Source: a virus
Lineage: Duplodnaviria > Caudoviricetes
Virus record (IMG/VR): IMGVR_UViG_3300009124_000017
Span: 1 to 54,695 of that record
Length of the DNA stretch: 54,695 nt
Strand: one strand, 5' to 3'
Shown: positions 37,510 to 45,352 of the stretch, piece by piece
How the letters are laid out: every line of letters starts with the position of its first letter
Position numbering within the stretch: position 1 is the stretch's first letter
Program-made: the position numbers and the translations under genes
Notes under the pieces: generated by a model
Database searches by the model: none
The model's input: only the letters and a program-made list of their open reading frames with translations
What the model was told of the DNA's origin: nothing

Positions 37510-37571
37510 TCGACTTTTTTGCATAAAAAATGGCGGGAAAAATTTTTCCCCCGCCATGAAATCGTTAATCA
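37510..37571. repeat. Dispersed element copy 3; palindromic, possible terminator between convergent genes
   Basis: TCGACTTTTTTGCATAAAAAATGGCGGGAAAAATTTTTCCCCCGCCATGAAATCGTTAATCA; inverted repeat ATGGCGGG/CCCGCCAT. Confidence 0.75.
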
Positions 37572-37753
37572 AATTTGGAAACAAGTCTCTTGCACTTCTC
37601 TAAGTTTTTCTTACAGTAGTTGTGGACATAACTGTCAGCATCAAGACTCATAGTGTAGTGAGCATGGGTGTGAAGTCCCTGAACTAAGATCAGGAACCCC
37701 ACGACCAACAGGTTGAAGTGTGTGATGGGGGAGAAGAAAATCTTCTTCAGCAT
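37565..37753 (-). CDS. Small membrane-anchored hypothetical protein
   Basis: One hydrophobic segment followed by HTHAHY; coupled to gp32. Confidence 0.7.
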   Translation of the reverse strand: MLKKIFFSPITHFNLLVVGFLILVQGLHTHAHYTMSLDADSYVHNYCKKNLEKCKRLVSKFD

Positions 37754-38628
37754 CAGTCTTCAGCAGCAAGACGAGCAAAGTAAGACAGAGCATCGTCGTC
37801 TTCTACAACAGGTGCTGCTTGACGTGCAGGTGCAGCAGAGACAGGAGCAGGATCATACTCTTCGTCCTCGAAGGTAGGAGCAGGTGCTGCCTTGGGTTTG
37901 CCGATGCCAAGAACAGTGTTCAGGCGATCTTCCAGAGCATCATAGGACTTGAACTCGGAAGGAGCAGTGAATGCTTCCAGTGAATACTGTTGACCATAGA
38001 TGGTCTCCAGTTCGTCATCATCAGCACTGAGTGCGGAGGGAGAATCAAACTCAGACGAATCGTAGTTCCAGTAACCAGCAACGGTCTTGATCTTCAGTTT
38101 GAAGTTAGCACCTTCCCAGAAGTCAAAGACGTTGACAGGAGTCTCGTCTTGGAACTCAGGTTGCATAGCAGCAAGGATCTTGTCGTGGATCTTCTTACCA
38201 AACTTGTAGAGGAAGACCTTACCCTCGTTCTCAGGGTGCTTAGGATCCTTCACGACAAGGACATTAGCATAGTAGGAGAGTTTGCGCTTTTGCTTGCGAG
38301 CAATTTCTTTATCGGACTCAACACCACTGTTCCACAGACCATTGTTGTGGGCACAGACAGGGCACTTGTCACCCTGAGTGGTGAGGCAGTTATCAATCAA
38401 CCACCCACCAGGACCTTGGAAGGCATGGGAGTAGACTTTTGCCCAAGGGAGAGACTCTCCTTCGGGTGCAGGCAGGAAACGGAGAACTGCATAACCGTTA
38501 CCTGAAGCGTCAAGTTCTGGTTTCCACAGGCGTTCGTCGGCACCGCCTTCGGTGCTGGACTTGGTGAGTTCCTTCTGCAGGAAGTCAAAGTTTGCCTGAG
38601 ACTTGCGCTTAAGATCTGCGAATGACAT
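37753..38628 (-). CDS. gp32: Single-stranded DNA-binding protein
   Basis: D.RLWKP..D.SGNG.AV.RFLP..HAFQGPGGW.I.NC.TT...CPVC..FDFWEGANFKLK..NYDSSEF; acidic tail; start MSFADLK with SD GAGG. Confidence 0.95.
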   Translation of the reverse strand: MSFADLKRKSQANFDFLQKELTKSSTEGGADERLWKPELDASGNGYAVLRFLPAPEGESLPWAKVYSHAFQGPGGWLIDNCLTTQGDKCPVCAHNNGLWNSGVESDKEIARKQKRKLSYYANVLVVKDPKHPENEGKVFLYKFGKKIHDKILAAMQPEFQDETPVNVFDFWEGANFKLKIKTVAGYWNYDSSEFDSPSALSADDDELETIYGQQYSLEAFTAPSEFKSYDALEDRLNTVLGIGKPKAAPAPTFEDEEYDPAPVSAAPARQAAPVVEDDDALSYFARLAAED

Positions 38629-38682
38629 GTTAGATACCTCGGATTTGTTAGATATGGTTGCGTGACCCCCAACCACTTACAC

Positions 38683-38723
38683 ATAATACTACGGCACAGG
38701 GGTGGGAGTCAACCCCCTGTGCC
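38683..38723 (-). promoter_or_regulatory. gp32 promoter (TTGACT-N18-TATTAT) overlapped by a 10-bp inverted repeat
   Basis: GGCACAGGGG-TGGGAGTCAAC-CCCCTGTGCC; the -35 box lies in the loop. Confidence 0.55.
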
Positions 38724-38729
38724 ACTTTT

Positions 38730-39074
38730 TCATGCGTCCATACGACGCTGTGCTTCTGCTCTCATCTTCTCCACCTTCTCCAGGAGACCGTTGAACATCT
38801 CCAGGAGGTTCTCTCCAGGTTCAGCACCCAGCAGGACAGCACCATCCTTCATGGACTTCAGCATCTCCTGTGCTTCTGGATCATCAGACAGAGACAGTCT
38901 GGTGTAGAAGATCTTCTGCTTTTCAATGAGAGTCATCAAGACATCAAAGTATTCATACTGCTTCTCTGGTGCGAGAGCAGGGAAAGACATCATTGCTCGC
39001 ATACAATACTGCTGCAACTCTGCCATCTCTTGAATGTCCCCACGGACCATTTCGTTCTTGAAAAAATCACTCAT
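38730..39074 (-). CDS. DUF1825-like cyanophage protein
   Basis: FF..EMVR..I...LIEKQKIFY.RL.LSDDPEA. Confidence 0.7.
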   Translation of the reverse strand: MSDFFKNEMVRGDIQEMAELQQYCMRAMMSFPALAPEKQYEYFDVLMTLIEKQKIFYTRLSLSDDPEAQEMLKSMKDGAVLLGAEPGENLLEMFNGLLEKVEKMRAEAQRRMDA

Positions 39075-39319
39075 AGTAGCATCAACTTAGCTCGACTTGT
39101 CTTCTTCATGAAGTTTAACTTCTGTGCATCATACTTAAGTTTCTCCTTAAGTGGTTTGCTTACCAGTTTTGATACTGATTCAATTTCAATCTCATTAATT
39201 TCACAGTAATGTATCACAGCATCAATGTAATTCATGTCAGAATTATTCAACACTAATTTTTCAACATCCTGCGAGAATCTCGCAGCGGTCATAAATTTAT
39301 CCTCCAGATTATCTGCCAT
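39071..39319 (-). CDS. gp33: Late-promoter transcription coactivator
   Basis: YIDAVIHYCE.NEIEIESV.KL.SKPLKEKLK.DA..LNF. Confidence 0.88.
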   Translation of the reverse strand: MADNLEDKFMTAARFSQDVEKLVLNNSDMNYIDAVIHYCEINEIEIESVSKLVSKPLKEKLKYDAQKLNFMKKTSRAKLMLL

Positions 39320-39986
39320 GTTTGTCTTGGTATTCCTGAATGTATTCCTGCAAGCGAAGAAAGTATTCTTTCTTGGGTTCTACAATAGAAACTTGGACTT
39401 CACCATTCTCGCAAGCAACAATGGTTACTAATTGCTCAACAGTAATACCATACAATTCTTGAAGGCAGCAAGCATATGCTGTCTCTTGAACGTAGTAGTC
39501 ATACAACCAAGCTTCTTTCTTTTGTTCAGCAGACGTTTTGAAATCGATGATAGAAAGTTTACCATCATATTCTGCGATGCAGTCAACGCGACCAGCAACC
39601 TTAAGGTAATCAGAATATAACGCTGCTTCTTGTAGGTATACTTTATTTATCTTGTCTAAAATATGCTTGCTTGAGTGGAACATGATCCAAGGAAGAGGCA
39701 TGTCCTTATACTTCTCGGTGTCCAACTCATTGTTGATGTAGTCTTCTACCAGTTTGTGATAACGAGTGCCTCTACCTGCTGCACGGTTAGATACTGCTTG
39801 TGCTTTATCTTTACCAACTCTGTTACGCCAGCGAGCAAGACTTGCCTGCTTCTTAGAGTTGTTACTGATCACAGTGGTGATGGATGGATACTTACCACCA
39901 CTTGGAGTGACATAGTATCTCTTCCCATCGATTGTTTCAGTTGTCATCTCAATGGGATCCATCCCAACATGATCAAATACGTGCAT
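39309..39986 (-). CDS. PD-(D/E)XK exonuclease (RecB/Cas4-like)
   Basis: YPSITTV..RGT..H..AGRVDCIAEYDG.LSIIDFKTS..Y.VQ..AYA. Confidence 0.85.
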   Translation of the reverse strand: MHVFDHVGMDPIEMTTETIDGKRYYVTPSGGKYPSITTVISNNSKKQASLARWRNRVGKDKAQAVSNRAAGRGTRYHKLVEDYINNELDTEKYKDMPLPWIMFHSSKHILDKINKVYLQEAALYSDYLKVAGRVDCIAEYDGKLSIIDFKTSAEQKKEAWLYDYYVQETAYACCLQELYGITVEQLVTIVACENGEVQVSIVEPKKEYFLRLQEYIQEYQDKHGR

Positions 39987-40741
39987 TAGAATCCCAAGTT
40001 AAGTTTAGCAATTAGATAGTTCTTGACCAGACCAGAACGAACGATGTCTTCAATACCATATTCAATCATGGCAAAGTCATCAGTCATACTGGCAACGATC
40101 TTCTGGAAGTCCAGGATGCCTGTCTTCTCATTGATCTTCTGCAGGTCAGACTGGTTGGAGTCACCACAGAACATGATCTTTGTGTCCTGACCACAGCGAG
40201 TCATGATCGAATCAAGTTCATGGAAGTTCAGGTTCTGACACTCATCGATGATGACGATAGAGTTGTCCAGTGTAGTGCCACGAAGGAAAGATGTAGACCA
40301 GAACGATACAGTTTCCTGTGCCTTTAGGTTCTCATAAAGCATCTCGAATGCAGCATCATCAGGCATCTCAAACATGCTTTGAACCATGTTCTTGTAAGGA
40401 ATCTGATACAAGGATGCTTTATCTTCATGGGTGCCAGGGAGGAAACCAATCTCTCTCGTAGCAACCAGTGAACGAACGATGTAAACTTTATCGTATGGTG
40501 TGTATTCATCCAGCACATCTCTCAGTGCCAGGTATAGAGCTACGAAAGTCTTACCTGTTCCAGCACATCCAGAAGCATAGATGTTCTTGCCTTCACCATA
40601 CTGTTCAAACATCAGTCGCTGATTATCTGTCAGCGGTTCAATGTTCAGAAGGTAGTCAGAATTAATTGGTTTCTTTCTACGCATCTGCTTTGCAGACATA
40701 CCGTTAATGTCAGGTTGTGTTTTCTTTCTAGCTCTTGGCAT
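39986..40741 (-). CDS. phoH: PhoH-family ATPase
   Basis: GCAGTGKT Walker A; REIGFLPG; FLRGTT; IIDECQN; GDSNQSD; DIVRSGLV. Confidence 0.95.
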   Translation of the reverse strand: MPRARKKTQPDINGMSAKQMRRKKPINSDYLLNIEPLTDNQRLMFEQYGEGKNIYASGCAGTGKTFVALYLALRDVLDEYTPYDKVYIVRSLVATREIGFLPGTHEDKASLYQIPYKNMVQSMFEMPDDAAFEMLYENLKAQETVSFWSTSFLRGTTLDNSIVIIDECQNLNFHELDSIMTRCGQDTKIMFCGDSNQSDLQKINEKTGILDFQKIVASMTDDFAMIEYGIEDIVRSGLVKNYLIAKLNLGF

Positions 40742-40747
40742 AAATGT

Positions 40748-40990
40748 TTACCACTCTACAGTTGAACCAGGCATGTTTGCCATTTTTTTCATGTGCTCAC
40801 CCCAACCAGGATGAGTCTTATTCATTTTGTTTTTCCAGTCACCGACCTCACCAAATCCAGGTGCGTTCTGAGGAGTGAAGTAGCGTTCCCAGTCTGGGTT
40901 ATCAACTTTCCATTGATCCCAGTCGTGAATGCTCATCTTCACTTCCTTAGTCTCACCAGTTTCTTTGTGTCGTACAGGGTATGTAGCCAT
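40748..40990 (-). CDS. Cyanophage hypothetical protein
   Basis: MATYPV.HKETGE.KEV.MS..DWDQW..DNPDW.R; start set at MATYP. Confidence 0.75.
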   Translation of the reverse strand: MATYPVRHKETGETKEVKMSIHDWDQWKVDNPDWERYFTPQNAPGFGEVGDWKNKMNKTHPGWGEHMKKMANMPGSTVEW

Positions 40991-41625
40991 TAAATCCACT
41001 CCATTGCTTCTGCTACGATAGGAAATTGCTCACAGAAGATTGTCTTACATGCTTCTGCAATGTCCATGTGTTCTTTTTGTGTGCCATTAGCACTACGTAG
41101 ATCTATATAGTGGATCCAAGAACGAACTGATCCTGTCATATAAATGCGAGTAGGAGTAGCGAGAGGAAGAACAAAACGGGCGCACTCTTTAGCAACCCCT
41201 TCACGGAGTAACTCATTATAGAGATCAAGACCCTCGGTAAAATACTTCTGAATCTGCCCTTGAAGTATAGACTTCTTTTCGGGGCTGATATCATCCACTG
41301 AGTTCTGTCTATTCTTGAGATCTTGAGATCGAAGATCTGGGACAGGTATCTCATTACTAAGGAGATTTGTGTCTGCATATCGTTGTGAAAACTCTTGATA
41401 TGTGAAACTGCGGTGGCGTAGGATCTGAGCCGCGATTCCACGGGTAGTATTTATCTCAAGAGTCATGTGTGCTTGCTCGAACACAGACCAGTGGTTGTGT
41501 TTGATGCAATACTTTAGCAGACCAGAAACCTTAGGGTTCTCCTGGTTGTTTGGGTTGCTCACGCGAGCAACATACCCCATAGTCTTCTCAGCATCTGGGG
41601 TTACAGTGATAAGTTTTACTTCCAT
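40990..41625 (-). CDS. thyX: Flavin-dependent thymidylate synthase
   Basis: H.SVFE; RHRSFTYQEFSQRY signature; ECARFVLP. Confidence 0.95.
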   Translation of the reverse strand: MEVKLITVTPDAEKTMGYVARVSNPNNQENPKVSGLLKYCIKHNHWSVFEQAHMTLEINTTRGIAAQILRHRSFTYQEFSQRYADTNLLSNEIPVPDLRSQDLKNRQNSVDDISPEKKSILQGQIQKYFTEGLDLYNELLREGVAKECARFVLPLATPTRIYMTGSVRSWIHYIDLRSANGTQKEHMDIAEACKTIFCEQFPIVAEAMEWI

Positions 41626-41804
41626 CAACACTCCTCTTTGTTAAATTTTTTGCGACATTTCTTCACATCCTTCAGTTCATCCTTGATCATCTGGTAGGCA
41701 TCCTCGGCGGAAATCTTTCGTGCCATTTCCATAGCCGTGATAATTTCTACTCTTGTGCCGAAATGCTTTAGTGCTTCTTCAAAGCAGTTTAGTTCTTCAT
41801 ACAT
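41625..41804 (-). CDS. Small hypothetical protein (59 aa)
   Basis: Hand-translated MYEELNCFEEALKHFGTRVEIITAMEMARKISAEDAYQMIKDELK...; TGATG coupling at both ends. Confidence 0.75.
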   Translation of the reverse strand: MYEELNCFEEALKHFGTRVEIITAMEMARKISAEDAYQMIKDELKDVKKCRKKFNKEEC

Positions 41805-41974
41805 CAGTCAGGATACCCATCGTCATCATCATTGCTGTAGTCAAACCCAAACTTCTTTGGGTCTTGTTGTAACTCAATCTTGTATGCAGATGTATCTGAA
41901 TACACTTCAGACTTCAATGCTTCTACAAGTAGCTCTAAGTTCTTTACGATCAATTTAAGTTTGTCTTTCTCCAT
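41804..41974 (-). CDS. Small hypothetical protein
   Basis: MEKDKLKLIVKNLELLVEALKSEVYSD...DDDGYPD; start reassigned downstream of the promoter. Confidence 0.75.
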   Translation of the reverse strand: MEKDKLKLIVKNLELLVEALKSEVYSDTSAYKIELQQDPKKFGFDYSNDDDDGYPD

Positions 41975-41996
41975 TAGAAGCGAAGATACTGTATGA

Positions 41997-42032
41997 ATTA
42001 TAGCATAAAAAAAGAGGGGTCGCAACCCCTCT
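41997..42032 (-). terminator. Intrinsic terminator fused to a promoter (TTGCGA-N17-TATAAT, extended -10)
   Basis: AGAGGGG-TTGCGA-CCCCTCT followed by a T run, then ATGCTATAAT. Confidence 0.75.
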
Positions 42033-42055
42033 CTCCTCTTATTGTATGATCAATA

Positions 42056-42220
42056 TCACTTGTTATAAGTGTGACCACGATAGCAGAAGGTGCCGTGGGT
42101 TTCCCCTTCACCTTGCTTGCACTCATACTGAACACCACGATAGGATGTCATATGAATTTGTGCATCGTGAATAGCAGCTGCTTTCTTGATCTGATTACGA
42201 ATGAGGTTAAGTGTGTTCAT
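42056..42220 (-). CDS. DUF4278-like small protein
   Basis: Twin YRG motifs (TSYRGVQY, FCYRGHTY); SD AGGAG; downstream of riboswitch-like aptamers. Confidence 0.75.
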   Translation of the reverse strand: MNTLNLIRNQIKKAAAIHDAQIHMTSYRGVQYECKQGEGETHGTFCYRGHTYNK

Positions 42221-42254
42221 TGTAGGTCTCCTAAAGGATGGGTGAGTTAACTCC

Positions 42255-42433
42255 CGTTCCTTCAGTCGTGTGCGTCCCACTTACAGTGAGGTGTTGCTTC
42301 CTTTATGGTTTCAACAATCTCTGTTCTGATAATTTTACTCATGTTTTCATTTGCTTCAATGCGACCGATCATCTCGGTAGCATCTTGGCAAGCAATAGAA
42401 GCATAGAGTAAAAGTTCAAGCATGGGATGAACG
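42255..42433 (-). ncRNA. Glutamine-riboswitch-like aptamer 2, interrupted by an ORF
   Basis: 5' arm CGTTCATCCCA and 3' arm TGGGACGCACACGACTGAAGGAACG mirror aptamer 1. Confidence 0.65.
42262..42423 (-). CDS. 53-aa peptide nested in aptamer 2
   Basis: Hand-translated MLELLLYASIACQDATEMIGRIEANENMSKIIRTEIVETIKEATPHCKWDAHD. Confidence 0.65.
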   Translation of the reverse strand: MLELLLYASIACQDATEMIGRIEANENMSKIIRTEIVETIKEATPHCKWDAHD

Positions 42434-42436
42434 CTC

Positions 42437-42480
42437 CGTTCCGCGACTTACTTGCGTCCCACCCGAGAGCGGGATGAACG
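42437..42480 (-). ncRNA. Glutamine-riboswitch-like (glnA-motif) aptamer 1
   Basis: CGTTCATCCC-GCTCTCGGGT-GGGACGCAAGTAAGTCGCGGAACG: P1 CGTTC/GAACG, P2 TCCC/GGGA, AAGTA element. Confidence 0.7.
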
Positions 42481-42487
42481 TATGGTA

Positions 42488-42535
42488 ATTATACCATACT
42501 ATGTATGCTATGACAACTGTATCGGTTGATACAGT
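42488..42535 (-). promoter_or_regulatory. Sigma70 promoter (TTGTCA-N17-TATAAT) with adjacent NtcA box
   Basis: GTA-N8-TAC at 42519-42532 inside the palindrome ACTGTATC-GGTT-GATACAGT. Confidence 0.75.
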
Positions 42536-42865
42536 TTAACCTCTCTTAACGTGTTCGATTGTAAAATCTTTCGAGTTTAGTTGAGTGCGAATGATTTGAC
42601 ATGCCAGTGCAGAATCACAATCTCCACATGTATAGACATCAACTGCTGCTTTTCTATCCTCTGGCCACGTATGAATACTGATGTGACTCTCAGCAAGCAT
42701 AACAATACCAGTCACACCCTGAGGATAGAACTTATGTGTCATGGTATTGAGGATTGTCATGCCAGCACAGTATGCTGCATCATGAAGAAGTTTTTTAATT
42801 AGTTGTTCATCATCCAACTTGTCTGCATCACATTGATACAGGTCCAACAAATAATGTTCACCCAT
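42536..42865 (-). CDS. speD: S-adenosylmethionine decarboxylase proenzyme
   Basis: HKFYPQGVTG..MLAESHISIHTWPE...A.VDVYTCG. Confidence 0.92.
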   Translation of the reverse strand: MGEHYLLDLYQCDADKLDDEQLIKKLLHDAAYCAGMTILNTMTHKFYPQGVTGIVMLAESHISIHTWPEDRKAAVDVYTCGDCDSALACQIIRTQLNSKDFTIEHVKRG

Positions 42866-43158
42866 TAAGTTACCCAAAATTTATCTTTACCTCTTTTGTT
42901 GCATGTCATGATCTTAACATCATACCCTTTAGAAATAAGAAATTTACCATGAACGAGTGCATCTGCTACACTTCTGTACATAAAAACTTCTGAGTATTTT
43001 TGTGTAGAGACAGGAACACCATTAGAATTAATTCTTCTCAATACTTTTTTATCAGACTTAGGACCATCTGCCATCTTCCAGAATAGCAGACAAAAGTTTT
43101 GATCTCTTGATGGTGTTACTCTTGAGATTTCTCTTTGTTCTTGAGGTGTAATTTCCAT
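42865..43158 (-). CDS. Hypothetical protein
   Basis: ORF track; fits the operon. Confidence 0.65.
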   Translation of the reverse strand: MEITPQEQREISRVTPSRDQNFCLLFWKMADGPKSDKKVLRRINSNGVPVSTQKYSEVFMYRSVADALVHGKFLISKGYDVKIMTCNKRGKDKFWVT

Positions 43159-43160
43159 TT

Positions 43161-43412
43161 CTATTTTTTCTTAGGTGGGTTCCACATTTTAGGATTTATT
43201 CGACCTTCTGTTTGGGTCATGCTGATTAAATCATGACGATACTTATCCCAATATTCATCAAAGATATCTACTCTTTTATTGCCAGAAGCAATATCAAAAT
43301 GTGTCATACCGTCTTGTAGATACTCAACCAAGTATGATGTATAAGGAAGACTGCGATCTTCAGCAAGAGATGGATCGCAGTCTCGGTGCAAAACTTTACA
43401 GCTCTTCGCCAT
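43161..43412 (-). CDS. Cyanophage hypothetical protein
   Basis: DCDPSLA.DRSLPY..YLVEY..IFD.YWDKY..EGR.NPK.W; start MAKSC with TGATG coupling. Confidence 0.75.
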   Translation of the reverse strand: MAKSCKVLHRDCDPSLAEDRSLPYTSYLVEYLQDGMTHFDIASGNKRVDIFDEYWDKYRHDLISMTQTEGRINPKMWNPPKKK

Positions 43413-43846
43413 CAGGAACGACCCCCCCACTTGATCTGAGGAAATGCTTCCTCTACACAAGCACGGGTGATCTTATATTTCTTTTGCAGTGCCTTGTCCT
43501 TGACCAGGACCAAGAGGTTTGCTTCCTCTTCACACAGACCCTCCAGGAGTTGAATGAAGAGGTTCTCACGCTGGGTCTGCTTCAAGGATGAGTTACCACC
43601 TTTGAAGAACAGATACAGGCGACGATACTCTTTCTCCAGGACGCTGTGATCAGTGCCCTTAGGAGCATCGTTAGGAGTGAAGGGAACGTTACCTTCGGGA
43701 AGTAGAGAAACAATGCTCTCGTCGTAGTTAGCAATCAATAGAGAGCGTAGAGCATTAGTGTTATGCTCTTGCAGAAGTTTGACCTTCTGTGATTTAGTTT
43801 TAGCGTTGCTCACTTTTTGGAGCACTTCAGAAATTAACAGTTTCAT
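43412..43846 (-). CDS. T4-like phage hypothetical protein downstream of rnh
   Basis: LISEVLQKVSNAK.K..LP.G.VPF..RE.LFIQLLEGL. Confidence 0.8.
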   Translation of the reverse strand: MKLLISEVLQKVSNAKTKSQKVKLLQEHNTNALRSLLIANYDESIVSLLPEGNVPFTPNDAPKGTDHSVLEKEYRRLYLFFKGGNSSLKQTQRENLFIQLLEGLCEEEANLLVLVKDKALQKKYKITRACVEEAFPQIKWGGRS

Positions 43847-44709
43847 TTTTTAAAAGGTGTTGAACTACGAAAGAAATATTCTTGCATCAGATCATTCAAT
43901 TGATGCTGCTGAAAGTATTCCAGTGGAACTTGTTTCCCATCAATATTTAGGGAGTTATATTCTACCATAATTGCATCCTCAATTTCAACAGGGATGCAAT
44001 CAAAATCAATAAGACGTTGATTTCTATGATAGTTTTCCAGTTGTTCTTTGCTTGAACAAAACTCATGTGGTTTAAGATCAACCCACTTAGCAAGGTTCTT
44101 TTGACTAATAGGACGTTGACGTTCTCCTTTTACAAAACAATCATCGGGTGACAGAAAGTTCGGAATGCCATCCGACTTGTCTCCCTTGATGATATGTTCT
44201 TTGATAAAAGCATGGGGATTATCATACCCCAGACTCTTCTTAGTAATAGGATTGTATTGGTAGACTCCAGGATACTTGTGCAGTTGGATGAAGTCTTTGT
44301 CTCCTGATAGAATTAGTATTAGTTCTTTCGGACCTTTGTTTTTACACAGGGTAGAGATAACATCGTCTGCCTCTGCGCCAAGAACTTCTACTACTTTGTA
44401 TGGGAAGTAAGTTTTGATCTCGTCTCGGATCTTATTCAAGACCTCAAAGATTGAAGACCAGTCGTGACCAGATCGTTCTCGATCTTTCTTTCTATTTTGT
44501 TTGTAGTATGGGAAGACTTCTTTTCTCCAATATTGTTTGGAGTCATAGGCGAGAACCATCTCGCCATACTTCTCCCCATACTGTTTCTCATAAGAGCGTA
44601 ACGAATTGAGAACCATGTGTCGAACAAGTTTCTCATTCAATCGATCGCCTTTCAACTGTGCCATCAGATTACTAATCATAATCTGATTCATGTCAATAAT
44701 AATCATCAT
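43843..44709 (-). CDS. rnh: T4-like RNase H (5'-3' exonuclease)
   Basis: IIDMNQI; YWR...FPYYK.NR; EADD; ILSGDKDF.QL; GDKSDGIPN. Confidence 0.92.
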   Translation of the reverse strand: MMIIIDMNQIMISNLMAQLKGDRLNEKLVRHMVLNSLRSYEKQYGEKYGEMVLAYDSKQYWRKEVFPYYKQNRKKDRERSGHDWSSIFEVLNKIRDEIKTYFPYKVVEVLGAEADDVISTLCKNKGPKELILILSGDKDFIQLHKYPGVYQYNPITKKSLGYDNPHAFIKEHIIKGDKSDGIPNFLSPDDCFVKGERQRPISQKNLAKWVDLKPHEFCSSKEQLENYHRNQRLIDFDCIPVEIEDAIMVEYNSLNIDGKQVPLEYFQQHQLNDLMQEYFFRSSTPFKK

Positions 44710-44920
44710 CCTCCTCTTCTTCGTTAACGAATTTTACTGATAGTAGCTCTTCATTGATCCACACTCCATCCTCATCATACATTTCTGGATGTGAGATCTC
44801 ATTTTTCTTCTGAATTAAATTATAAACTACGTCATTGATATGCCAACCAGCAATGATACCGACAATCAATGATAAGAAAACAAAAACTCCAGAGAAGAAA
44901 AGAATTACTGATGTTTGCAT
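44693..44920 (-). CDS. Small membrane hypothetical protein
   Basis: N-terminal transmembrane segment; HPEMYDEDG motif. Confidence 0.7.
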   Translation of the reverse strand: MQTSVILFFSGVFVFLSLIVGIIAGWHINDVVYNLIQKKNEISHPEMYDEDGVWINEELLSVKFVNEEEEDDDYY

Positions 44921-44935
44921 CGGGGGGACTGCTCC

Positions 44936-45103
44936 TTAGTTGTTAGGAACCTCCCAAGTAAATTCAAATTTGATTTGGAATTTACGCTTCAGGAGGTTGA
45001 ATGTGTGTTCTAAGATAGCACCTTTTCTTTCAGGTGCAGGTTTCTCTCTCCTGAGCATGAGCTCTATGCCTTTATTTATTTTGGTTTCCTCATCATTATT
45101 CAT
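44936..45103 (-). CDS. Small hypothetical protein (55 aa)
   Basis: Hand-translated MNNDEETKINKGIELMLRREKPAPERKG...WEVPNN; TAATG coupling. Confidence 0.6.
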   Translation of the reverse strand: MNNDEETKINKGIELMLRREKPAPERKGAILEHTFNLLKRKFQIKFEFTWEVPNN

Positions 45104-45351
45104 TACTTTTTTGATGATACTAATCCTTTTTGAACAAATAGTTTTGCGGTCTCGACCAAACCTCCAACTGGTTCCCCATCAATTATAACATACGGATAGG
45201 TTTTTGCATCAGGGTAAGCAGAATAAAATTCTTCTTTTAAGATTTCATTAGTGACATTGATCTCTTCATACTCAAACCCCGCACGTTGCATGAGTTCTTT
45301 TACTTGAGAGCAATAAGCACATCCAGGTTTGGTATAGATTTTAATCTCCAT
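45103..45351 (-). CDS. nrdC: Glutaredoxin
   Basis: IYTKPGCAYC..TYPYV.IDG..VGG. Confidence 0.85.
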   Translation of the reverse strand: MEIKIYTKPGCAYCSQVKELMQRAGFEYEEINVTNEILKEEFYSAYPDAKTYPYVIIDGEPVGGLVETAKLFVQKGLVSSKK

Positions 45352-45352
45352 G

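Noticed and set aside
39309-39986. Cas4-like nuclease suggesting a CRISPR system
   Set aside because: Ordinary PD-(D/E)XK exonuclease beside phoH; no repeat-spacer array or other cas genes seen
40742-41050. Pho box upstream of phoH
   Set aside because: No convincing repeat; phoH is internal to an operon
42221-42280. N-terminal extension of the DUF4278-like ORF in the track
   Set aside because: Overlaps the aptamer; the SD AGGAG supports a start at 42220
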